From Hydrolagus colliei (Eukaryota), in assembly GCA_035084275.1 (NCBI GenBank), contig JAYJKW010000187.1:1-59523 (forward strand): 59,523 bases of DNA. The letters are read 5' to 3'. Shown here piece by piece: positions 10,801-22,800 of this stretch (the first letter of the stretch is position 1; each line of letters starts with the position of its first letter). A program made the position numbers and the translations under genes. The notes beneath the pieces are model-generated. The model did not search any database, was not told the DNA's origin, and saw only the letters and a program-made list of their open reading frames with translations.

Positions 10801-13800
10801 CCTTTCACATTGGGAGGACGTCCCAAGGAACCATACCATATCATGGGTAGAGAATAATACACACTCACTCACTCCCCCAGGAATAAGTTTGTGTGTGTGT
10901 GTGCGTGTTGGGGTGAGGTGGGGGTGACTGCAGACAGGCAGTGAGTTTGACGTTGACTATGAACAGAGAAAGCGATGTGGGGAGAAGGTGGAGCCGAATT
11001 CTAGAAGAAAACTGTTGGGATGGAATAATAATAATAATAATCCTTGCATTCCATACAGGGCCTTATCACGTCTTCTCGACGACTCAAAGTGCTTCTCAGG
11101 ATTATAGAGTAAAGTGACTGTATATTTGTGGGTGAAACGCGGCAGCCAATTGCTCACAGCAGCGTCCCCCACAAACAGCTGTGGACTGAGTGACCAAATT
11201 ATTATCGGGATTGTTTTTCTTGAGGGATTATTATCAGGTCAAAGCGTCACAGGAGTCCTGACGGTGTCCTCAGGGGCAAAGTCTAAATTAGAAACTCGCT
11301 CTCTGAATAAACTATCGCCCTGTGTGCGCACACAGACACACACACACATACACACACACATGTATACACACACAAACACACGTACACATACACACATACT
11401 TCCTCTGCCCAAACCTTTAGTTACAATGCCCTAACCCCCTCCGCATATGCCTCACTAACCACCTCCCCACATCTCCCCTCCCCTCCCCCTGGACAGTTAC
11501 TGCCGCAGAATATACGGTAAAGTGAATTGACTGTATACTTGCGTGCGAAAAGCTAGAGCGGGAAACGGAGAGGGGAATTTATTTTTATTTTTGAGTTAAT
11601 TACTGTTTTCAAATTGGGAGTGAAGGGGGAACTTCTTCTCACACAGGAAGTGAGAATGTGGAACTCGCTGCCGGAAACTGATTGAAGCCAAGCCTCAACA
11701 ACAACAACAAAACTAAATTCTATGTGTATAGAGACTTTCACGTCGGGAGGACGTCCCAAGGAGCTGGAGAGTTAGTGTTTCGGACCCGAGCTGGGGTCGG
11801 GGACGGGGAGGGCGGAGGGAAGGGAGGGGAAGTGGCGGTCAAAGAGGAGGATCTTGAGGTGGGACTTGGAGGAGACCAGAGAGAAGTCAACCACAACCAT
11901 CAACAGATTGAAGAGGAACCTTGATTTGAAGCGGAATAGACAGGTGTGGGAGAGGGGAAGATGGTGTGTGAGTGAATGTGAGAGTGGGACTGTGTATGAG
12001 TGAGTATATGTGAATGTGTATGTGTGAGATTGTGCATGTATATCTCTGAATCACTCTCTGGGTGTCAGTCTCTGTGTGTCACTGTGTGGCTGAGGTTGGG
12101 ATTGAACCATATCCAGGCAGTCTCTGACCTGTGTGGAGGACTGGATGACGGTAGTCTCTGTGGTTGCCCTGAAGAGATACAAGGAGCAGAGTGAGGGAGT
12201 GTGTAGATCAGTCACTGCCTGTCCCTGGCCAGGCGCTCAGCCCCCGAACCCAGTTTATGAGATAATAATAACAATACTGTAACAATATTAGCTTCATTTG
12301 ATATGCTTAGTGGTTAGAGCACTCGCCTCGTGAGTGAGAGACCTGGGTTCAATTCCAGGCAGGTCAGGGACAAACCTTGGGCAAGTTTCCTTACTCCACA
12401 TGCTTTATAACAACCCTTAAAAAAATAATAAGACTAGTTATTTCAACCCACGGCTGTTTGTGGGGACGCTGCTGTGCGCAATTGGCTGCCACGTTTCGCC
12501 CACAAAATATACAGTCACTTCACTTGACAGTATATTCTGAGAAGCGCTTTGAGACACAGTCTAGAAGACGTGAAACGCGCGATATCAAATGCAAAGATTA
12601 TTAACAGTCACTACACTGAACAGCAACCAGCCTGTGTCAATCCCTGCTGTAATGGAGCAGTGTCGCTGTTTCGAGACTTCAGCAAAGTCTTTGACAATGG
12701 GGCGCTCTCTCTGTCTCTGTCTCTGCCTCTGCCTCTGCCTCTGCCTCTGTCTCTGCCTCTCCCCAGCGCTTTTCTGGACTGTCAGCCTGGTCTTTAAGCT
12801 CTGAGCAACATCGCACTCGAACTCACAAAATCCTGACTCAGAGGTTCACCCAGCGAGTTGTTGGAATCTGGCATGCGTTGCCTGAGAAGGTGGTGGAGGC
12901 CGATTCGATAAGAGTTTCTAAAAGAGAGGCAGAGGTTGACTCGGCGAGGACGGGTTTGCGCGGTTATAGAGAGAGACACGGGGAACGGGATTAAATTGCT
13001 CTTTTCAAAGAGCCGGCACAGACTCGATGGGCCGAATGGCCTCCTTTTGTGCCGTAAGATTCTATGATCCTGTGAGAGGCGAAAGTGTGAGAGACTGAGC
13101 CAGCCAGAGTGACGCACACCAAATCGATCACTGTTACCACTATTGCTCACCCACCTTTTTTCTTGCAGCACACGATGAGGATGGTGACGAGGAGGACAAG
13201 AAGACACATTGACACGGCAATGGCCACGGGGAAGACGTAACCTGAGGGATCAGACACAAGTTGATCAAGAGTTTCGTGCACGCCATCATTCTCTGTGCTG
13301 GTGCTCACTCCTCCGCTGGAGCTCTCTACTCTAACCGCAGTGTGCGGCTCAGTGGTTAGAGCGCTCGCCTCACAAGCCAGAGACCTGGGTTTGATCCCTG
13401 CCGGGGCAAAACCTTCGGGCAAGTTTCCTTGACAATCCCTCCCAAAATAAGCAATAATAAATCAGTCATTTCAACCCACGGCTGTTTATGGGCTGAAATA
13501 ATATTCATTATGATCAATAATAATCATCATTCCATTAGATTTAGTGCTTTTCACGTCGTCTACACGTCTGAAAGCGCTTCACAGAACATACTGTATATTT
13601 GTGGGTGAAATGGGGCAGCCAATAAGCACAGCAGCGTCCCCCACAAACAGCTGTGCATTGAAATTACCAATTATATTATTGCGTTTTTTTTGATGCATGA
13701 CAATCAGGCATGTGTGTGGAGTGAGGAAACCTGACCAAGGTGTCGTCCCTGCCGGGAATTGAACCTGGGTCTCTTACTTGTAAGGCGCATACTCTAACCA

Positions 13801-16800
13801 CTGAGCTGCAGGACTCCACAAATGTTACATGTCCCACATCCTGTCCATTCCACCATTGGCAGTCCAACCTGGAATTCCATCATGATTCATCTCGATGAGC
13901 ATCACAGATACTCCCACCGTCCCTATCACCTCACCCTCTCACTTGTGTCCTGCAAGACCCATCTCAAGACCTTCCTCTGTGTCTGCACCTCCACTCATCC
14001 CCCCCTCCCTAACCCTTCGACCTCCTCCCCTCTTGACTCCAGCCCCCAGCTCGGATGCAAACTCTTCACTGTCCAATGCATTGGGACGTCCTCCTGACGT
14101 GAAAGGCGCTGTGTAAATGTGACTTGTTGTTGTTGCTGTTGTTTGGGGTCAGGGATGTGTCAGCGAGGGCTCTTACCTGGAACGCTGATCTCAACCTGGA
14201 GTCTGATCTCCCTCTGGATCACCACGAGATCCTTGTTCTCCCGGTCAGCCTCCACTAGACACAGGTAGGTGCCATTGTCCTCTATTACCAGGCTGCTCAC
14301 TGTCAGTGCGATGTTCCCATCAGCCATGCTCCCCCTCAGCTCAAATCGCCCTTTACCCTCCTTCCTAACCCAGGAACCAGCCTCCGGTCTGAAGGTCACC
14401 AGCCGGCTGTAAGGCTCCTTCATCACCCAGATGACATTGCCAGGTTTATACCCTTTGGCATCAGGGGGCAGTGGGCAAGGCAACATCACCGATTCTCCCA
14501 CCGTCCCCATCACCAGACGCTTGTTTGTGTCACCACCTCAGAGAAGAAACACACACAGTCACATACACACAGCCACACACACACACACACAACTCACAAA
14601 GCTATACACAATACACACACTCACATACACATTTATATAGACAGACAGACATACACACACGCATATACAGACACACAGACACGCATACACAGACATACAG
14701 ACACGCTTACATACACATACAAAAACACATACAGACACACACTTACAACATAGAGGCACACACAAAGAATATACACACACAACAACAAAGTTACATTGAT
14801 ATAGCAGCTTTTACTTCGGGCGGATGTCCCAAGGCGCTGGACAGTCAGTGTTTTGGATACAGGCACACACCCAAATGCACAAATCCAAACACACATACGG
14901 ACACACATACAACATACCGAGAAAAATACACAGACTAATAATAATAATATAATCCTTGCATTTGATATAGCGCTTTGTACATCTTATCAACGTCTCAAAG
15001 CGCTTCACAGAATATACTGTAAAGTGAATTGACTTTATATTTGTGGGTGAAACTCGAATTGCGCACAGCAGCATCTTCACAAACAGTCGTGCATTGAAAT
15101 GACCAACTATAATATTGTGTTTTTTTGACGGATGACAATCAGGCATGTGTGTGGAGTAAGGAAACCTGCCCAAGGTGTCGTCCCTGCCGGGAATTGAACC
15201 TGGGTCTCTTACTTGTAAGGCACATACTCTAACCACTGAGCAACAGGACTCCACAAATGTCACATGTCCCACATCCTGTCCATTCTAACATTGGCAGTCC
15301 AACCTGGAATTCCATCCTGATACATCTCAATGAGCATCACAGATACTCCCACCGTCCCTATCACCTCACCCTCTCACTTGTGTCCTGCAAGACCCATCTC
15401 AAGACTTTGGGGACTGACCTATGAGGATAGGTTGAATAAACTAGGGCTGTATTCTCTAGAGTACAGAAGAATTAGGGGGGGATCTTATTGAAAAATATAA
15501 GATTCTTAAAGGGCTGGATAAAGTAGGCACTGAGGGACTGTTTCCCCTGGGAGGAGAATCTATAACCAGGGGTCACCATCTTGAAATGAAGGGTCAGCCT
15601 TTTAGAACAGAGTTGAGGAAACATTTCTTCACTCAGAGGGCAGTGAATTTATGGAATTCACTCCCCCAGAAGGCTGTAGATGTTCAAGGTTGAACATTTT
15701 CAAGGTTGAGACTCACAGATCTTTAGAGAGATTAGGGGATATGGGGATAGGGCAGGTAATCAGAGTTAGGTGAGAAGATCAGCCATGATCTTATTGAATG
15801 GCGGAGCAGGCTGGAAGGGTCGAATGGCCTACTCCTGCTCCTAATTCTTATCTTCTTATGTTCTTCCTCTGTGTCTGCACCTCCACTCATCCCCCCATCC
15901 CCAACCCCTCGACCTCCTCCCCTCTTGACTCCAGCCCCCAGCTCGGATGCAAACTCTTCACTGTCCAATGCATTTGGACGTCCTCCTGACGTGAAAGGCG
16001 CTGTGTAAATGTGACTTGTTGTTGTTGCTGTTGTTTGGGGTCAGGGATGTGTCAGCGAGGGCTCTTACCTGGAACGCTGATCTCAACCTGGAGTCTGATC
16101 TCCCTCTGGATCACCACAAGATCCTTGTTCTCCCGCTCAGCCTCCACTAGACACAGGTAGGTGCCATTGTCCTCTATTACCAGGCTGCTCACTGTCAGTG
16201 CGATGTTCCCATCAGCCATGCTCCCCCTCAGCTCATATCGCCCTTTACCCTCCTTCCTAACCCAGGAACCAGCCTCCGGTCTGAAGGTCACCAGCCGGCT
16301 GTAAGGCTCCTTCATCACCCAGATGACATTGCCAGGTTTATACCCTTTGACATCAGGGGGCAGTGGGCAAGGCAACATCACCGATTCTCCCACCGTCCCC
16401 ATCACCAGACGCTTGTTTGTGTCACCACCTCAGAGAAGAAACACACACAGTCACATACACACAGCCACACACACACACACACAACTCACAAAGCTATACA
16501 CAATACACACACTCACATACACATTTATATAGACAGACAGACATACACACACGCATATACAGACACACAGACACGCATACACAGACATACAGACACGCTT
16601 ACATACACATACAAAAACACATACAGACACACACTTACAACATAGAGGCACACACAAAGAATATACACACACAACAACAAAGTTACATTGATATAGCAGC
16701 TTTTACGTCGGGAGGATGTCCCAAGGCGCTGGACAGTCAGTGTTTTGGATACAGGCACACACCCAAATACACAAATCCAAACACACATACGGACACACAT

Positions 16801-19800
16801 ACAACATACCGAGAAAAATACACAGACTAATAATAATAATATAATCCTTGCATTTGATATAGCGCTTTGTACATCTTATCAACGTCTCAAAGCGCTTCAC
16901 AGAATATACTGTAAAGTGAATTGACTTTATATTTGTGGGTGAAACTCGAATTGCGCACAGCAGCATCTTCACAAACAGTCGTGCATTGAAATGACCAACT
17001 ATAATATTGTGGTTTTTTTGACGGATGACAATCAGGCATGTGTGTGTTGTAAGGAAACCTGCCCAAGGTGTCGTCCCTGCCGGGAATTGAACCTGGGTCT
17101 CTTACTTGTAAGGCACATACTCTAACCACTGAGCTACAGGACTCCACAAATGTCACATGTCCCACATCCTGTCCATTCTAACATTGGCAGTCCAACCTGG
17201 AATTCCATCCTGATACATCTCGATGAGCATCACAGATACTCCCACCGTCCCTATCACCTCACCCTCTCACTTGTGTCCTGCAAGACCCATCTCAAGACTT
17301 TGGGGACTGACCTATGAGGATAGGTTGAATAAACTAGGGCTGTATTCTCTAGAGTACAGAAGAATTAGGGGGGATCTTATTGAAAAATATAAGATTCTTA
17401 AAGGGCTGGATAAAGTAGGCACTGAGGGACTGTTTCCCCTGGGAGGAGAATCTATAACCAGGGGTCACCATCTTGAAATGAAGGGTCAGCCTTTTAGAAC
17501 AGAGTTGAGGAAACATTTCTTCACTCAGAGGGCAGTGAATTTATGGAATTCACTCCCCCAGAAGGCTGTAGATGTTCAAGGTTGAACATTTTCAAGGTTG
17601 AGACTCACAGATCTTTAGAGAGATTAGGGGATATGGGGATAGGGCAGGTAATCAGAGTTAGGTGAGAAGATCAGCCATGATCTTATTGAATGGCGGAGCA
17701 GGCTGGAAGGGTCGAATGGCCTACTCCTGCTCCTAATTCTTATCTTCTTATGTTCTTCCTCTGTGTCTGCACCTCCACTCATCCCCCCATCCCCAACCCC
17801 TCGACCTCCTCCCCTCTTGACTCCAGCCCCCAGCTCGGATGCAAACTCTTCACTGTCCAATGCATTTGGACGTCCTCCTGATGTGAAAGGCGCTGTGTAA
17901 ATGTGACTTGTTGTTGTTGCTGTTGTTTGGGGTCAGGGATGTGTCAGCGAGGGCTCTTACCTGGAACGCTGATCTCAACCTGGAGTCTGATCTCCCTCTG
18001 GATCACCACAAGATCCTTGTTCTCCCGCTCAGCCTCCACTAGACACAGGTAGGTGCCATTGTCCTCTATTACCAGGCTGCTCACTGTCAGTGCGATGTTC
18101 CCATCAGCCATGCTCCCCCTCAGCTCATATCGCCCTTTACCCTCCTTCCTAACCCAGGAACCAGCCTCCAGTCTGAAGGTCCCCAGCCGGCTGTAAGGCT
18201 CCTTCATCACCCACGTGACATTGTCAGGTTTATACCCTTTGATATCAGGGGGCAGTGGGCAAGGAAACATCACCGATTCTCCCACCGTCCCCATCACCAG
18301 ACGCTTGTTTGTGTCACCACCTCAGAGAAGAAACACACACAGTCACATACTCACACACAGCCACACACACACACACACAACTCACAAAGCTATACACAAT
18401 ACACACACTCACATACACATTTATATAGACAGACAGATAGACATACATACACACATATACAGGCACATATACAACATAGAGACACAGTGACAAATATACA
18501 CACAGATATATAGACACGCATACCCAGACACACAGACACGCATACACAGACATACAGACACGCTTACATACACATACACAAACACATACAGACACACACT
18601 TACAACATAGAGGCACACACAAAGAATATACACGCACAACAACAAAATTACATTGATACAGCAGCTTTTACGTCGGGAGGATGTCCCAAGGCGCTGGACA
18701 GTCAGTGTTTTGGATACAGGCACACACCCAAATACACAAATCCAAACACACATACAGACACACACATACAACATACCGAGAAACATACACAGACTAATAA
18801 TAATAATATAATCCTTGCATTTGATATAGCGCTTTGTACATCTTATCAACGTCTCAAAGCGCTTCACAGAATATACTGTAAAGTGAAGTGACTGTATATT
18901 TGTGGGTAAAACTCGAATTGCGCGCAGTAGCGTCTTCACAAACAGCCGTGGATTGAAATTACCAACTGTATTATTGTGTTTTTTTTGATGGATGACAATC
19001 AGGCATGTGTGTGGATTAAGGAAACTTGCCCAAGGTGTCGTCCCTGCCGGGAATTGAACCTGGGTCTCTTACTTGTAAGGCACATACTCTAACCACTGAG
19101 CTTAAGGACTCCACAAATGTCACATGTCCCACATCCTGTCCATTCAACCATTGGCAGTCCAACCTGGAATTCCATCCTGATACATCTCGATGAGCATCAC
19201 AGATACTCCCACCCTCTCTATCACCTCATCCTCTCACTTGTGTCCTGCAAGACCCATCTCACGACATTCCACTATGTCTGCATCTCCACTCAACCCCCCA
19301 TCCCCAACCCCTCGTCCTCCTCCCTCTTGAATCCAGCCCCCAGCTCGGATGCAAACTCTTCACTGTCTAATGTGTCAGGGATGTGTCAGCGAGGGCTCTT
19401 ACCTGGAACGTTGATCTCAACCTGGAGTCTGATCTCCCTCTGGATCACCACGCGTTTCTTCGCCCACTCAGCCTCCACTAGACACAGGTAGGTGCCATTG
19501 TCCTCTATTACCAGGCTGCTCACTGTCAGTGCGATGTTCCCATCAGCCATGCTCCCCCTCAGCTCATATCGCCCTTTACCCTCCTTCCTAACCCAGGAAC
19601 CAGCCTCCGGTCTGAAGGTCCCCAGCCGGCTGTAAGGCTCCTTCATCACCCAGATGACATTGCCAGGTTTATACCCTTTGACATCAGGGGGCAGTGGGCA
19701 AGGCAACATCACCGATTCTCCCACCGTCCCCATCACCAGACGCTTGTTTGTGTCACCACCTCAGAGAAGAAACACACACAGTCACATACTCACACACAGC

Positions 19801-22800
19801 CACACACACACACACACAACTCACAAAGCTATACACAATACACACACTCACACACACATACAAATAGACAATGTGTGTCTATACCAGACATAGAGAGACT
19901 CACATACAATATACAGAGACATACACAGACAGGCAGACAGATAGACAGTCATCATCATTACTTTCTCAGCAGCTGTTCTAATACAGTTTACATCTATCCA
20001 GCACCTTTCAGGATAGGGGGAGGGTGTGGGGGGGAATGTCTTAAGACTTACAGTGTTGACATTGGTGGCTTGGCACCTGAATTAGAGGTAGAGGGAGAAA
20101 TGACGTTCAGAGCAGGCGAAGATGTGTAGTTTGAGATGGGCTTGAGACGGAGGGAATCTGGGACGGACTTCCATAGAGCGGGGGCTGAAAGCTGACTGTC
20201 GAAAGTGGAGAGTAGAGGGTGGGGAGGAAGCAGGCCGGTCCCTGCAGAATGTACCCTGGTATGGCCTGGACACACAGTTCAACTGTATAGAGGTCACTTG
20301 AATAACAATGTCAAACTTTCCCCCAAACTCCTGTGGCTCAGTGATTAGAGCACTTGTCTCGCAAGCTGGGGAGACTAAGCTGGGGAGACCTGTGTTCGAA
20401 TCCAGGCAGGTCAGGGCAAAACCTTGGGCAAGTTTTGTTACTCCACAAGCCTAATAATAATGCCTCCAAAAAAAAACCCACAATAATAAAATAAAATTCC
20501 CTCCAAACTGGAGGGAAGTGAGCAGTGGTGTGCCACAGGGATCAGTTTTGGGACCATTGCTCTTTGTAATCTACATCAATGATCTGGACTTGGGTGTAGG
20601 GAGTACAGTTTCCAAGTTTGCAGATGACACTAAGTTAGGGAGAATAGTAAATAGTGAGGAGGATAGTAGCCATCTGCAAGAGGATATAGACAAATTGCTA
20701 AAGTGGGCAGACACATGGCAGATGAAGTTTAATGCAGAGAAGTGTGAGGTGATGCATTTTGGGAGAAGAAATGAAGGTTGGCAATATAGGCTAGATAGTA
20801 CAATTTTAAATGGTGTGAAGGAACAGAGAGACCTGGGGATTTGTGTTAGTGACTCGTTGAAGGTGGCAGGACAGGTAGACAAGGCTGTTAAGAAGGCATA
20901 TGGGATACTAGGCTTTATAAATAGGGGTATAGAGTACAAAAGTCAGGAAGTGCTGACTAACCTCTATAAGACTTTGGTGAGGCCTCAGCTGGAATACTGT
21001 GTTCAATTCTGGTCACCACACTACAGAAAGGATGTGAAGACATTGGAAAGGGTACAAAGAAGATTTACTAGGATGGTGCCAGGATTGAGGGACTTCAGCT
21101 ATGAGGAGAGGCTAGATAGGCTAGGGTTATTCTCTCATGGAGCAGAGAAGAATGAGGGGAGACCTAATAGAGGTTTATAAGATCATGAGGGGTTTCTACA
21201 GGGCAAATAGAGAAAAACTATTTCCACTCGTGGGCAAATCTGTGACTCGTGGTCACAGATTTAAAATAGTTTCAAAGCGAAGTAGAGGGGAGCTGAGGAG
21301 AAATGTTTTCACTCAGCGAGTTGTTGGAATCTGGAATGCATTGCCTGAAAAGGTGGTGGAGGCTGATTCGATAACAACTTTTAAAAGGGAATTAGATCTT
21401 TATTTAGGGAGAACAGGTCTATTAGGCTATGGGGAGTGGGCAGGGCAGTGGGATTGAATCGCTCTTTTCAAAGAGACGACACAGACTAGATGGGCCGAAT
21501 GGCCTCATTTTGTGCCGTAAAATTCTATGAATCTATGAATCTATAGTCATTTCAATCCACGGCTGTGTGTGGGGAGGCTGCTGTGCGCAATTGGCTGCCG
21601 CGATTCACCCACAAATATATACAGTCACTTCACTTTACAGTATATCCTGTGAAGCGCTTTGGGAAATCGATAAGATGTGAAAATCGCTATATCAAATGCA
21701 AGGATTATTATATTATTATATATATATAAACTCCTGTTCTCTCTCCCTCAATCTCTCCACCCGGCCCCATCCTTCCCCATTTTCAGATCATGCCTCAAGA
21801 CGTTCCTCTTCGACTGTGTTTATGGTCACCTCTATAAATAGAGGCTTAGAGCATAAAATCAAAGAAGTTATGTTGAGTCTTTAGTAATCTCTGGTTGGGC
21901 CTCAGCTGGTGTCAATTCACTTCACAGAATATTCCATGAAATGCTTTGAGAGGCCATGAAAACTCTACATCAAATCATCCTTGCATTTGATACAGTATCA
22001 AATCAGGCCTTTGAGATGTCTCAAAGTGATTCATGTAATATACTGTAAAGTGAATTGACTGTATATTTTGTGGGCGAAACACGGCAGCCAATCACGCAAA
22101 GCCATGCAAGAATGATTAATTCTGGACACCACACTTTAAGAAGGATGTCAGTGATTTGGTGAGGGCGCAGAGGAGATTTACACGAATGACACCAGGGATG
22201 TGGAGAGATTAGAGTAGCTGGGATTATTTAGGGGAGAGCAGAGAAGATTGATGGGAGATTTAACAACAACAACAAAATTACACTTGTATAGCGCCTTTCA
22301 CGTCAGGAGGACGTCCCAAGGTAGTGATAATAATAATTTAATACAGATGCTCAAAATGATGAGCAGTTCTGATCGAGCGAATAGAGAGAAACTCTTTCCT
22401 CTGACGAGTGGGTCAGAAATCAGAGGACACAGATTTAAGGTGATTGTCAAAATAACCAGAGGGGAGATGAGGAGAATTTATTTTACCCTGAGAGTTATTA
22501 CAGTCTGGAATGCACTGCCTGAAATGGTGGAAACCGATTCAATAATAGCTTTTAATAGGGAATTGGATAGGGATTTAAAAAGGAAAAATGTGCAGGGCTA
22601 TGGGGTAAGAGCAGGGTGAGTGAGGACTATTTGGGATAATAAGGGGGGGGTGTGGGACTAGTTGGGGGTAACAATGGGGGAAATGGGACTAATTGGGGCT
22701 AAGAGTGGGGTTTGGGACTAGTTGGGGTAACAGTGGAGGGACTAGTTACTGCTCTTTCAACAGGGTGAGACAGACATCATGGGCTGAATGGCCTCCTTCT

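Larger units (their letters stand above)
13520..19760 (-). repeat. Tandem array of four Ig exon + intron units (periods 1892, 1892, 1442 bp)
   Basis: Exon 3' ends at 14177, 16069, 17961, 19403; each unit carries the same (CA)n tract, SINE and L2 piece. Confidence 0.92.

Noticed and set aside
11240-11320. Possible extra cytoplasmic exon giving RAIVYSESEFLI-stop (minus strand)
   Set aside because: The acceptor lacks a polypyrimidine tract (TG repeat), IVYSES lacks the +3 hydrophobic ITIM residue, and the tail joins in frame without it.
20518-21180. Reverse transcriptase ORFs as host genes or an active element
   Set aside because: 5'-truncated, frameshifted CR1 fragments lacking the endonuclease and full RT.
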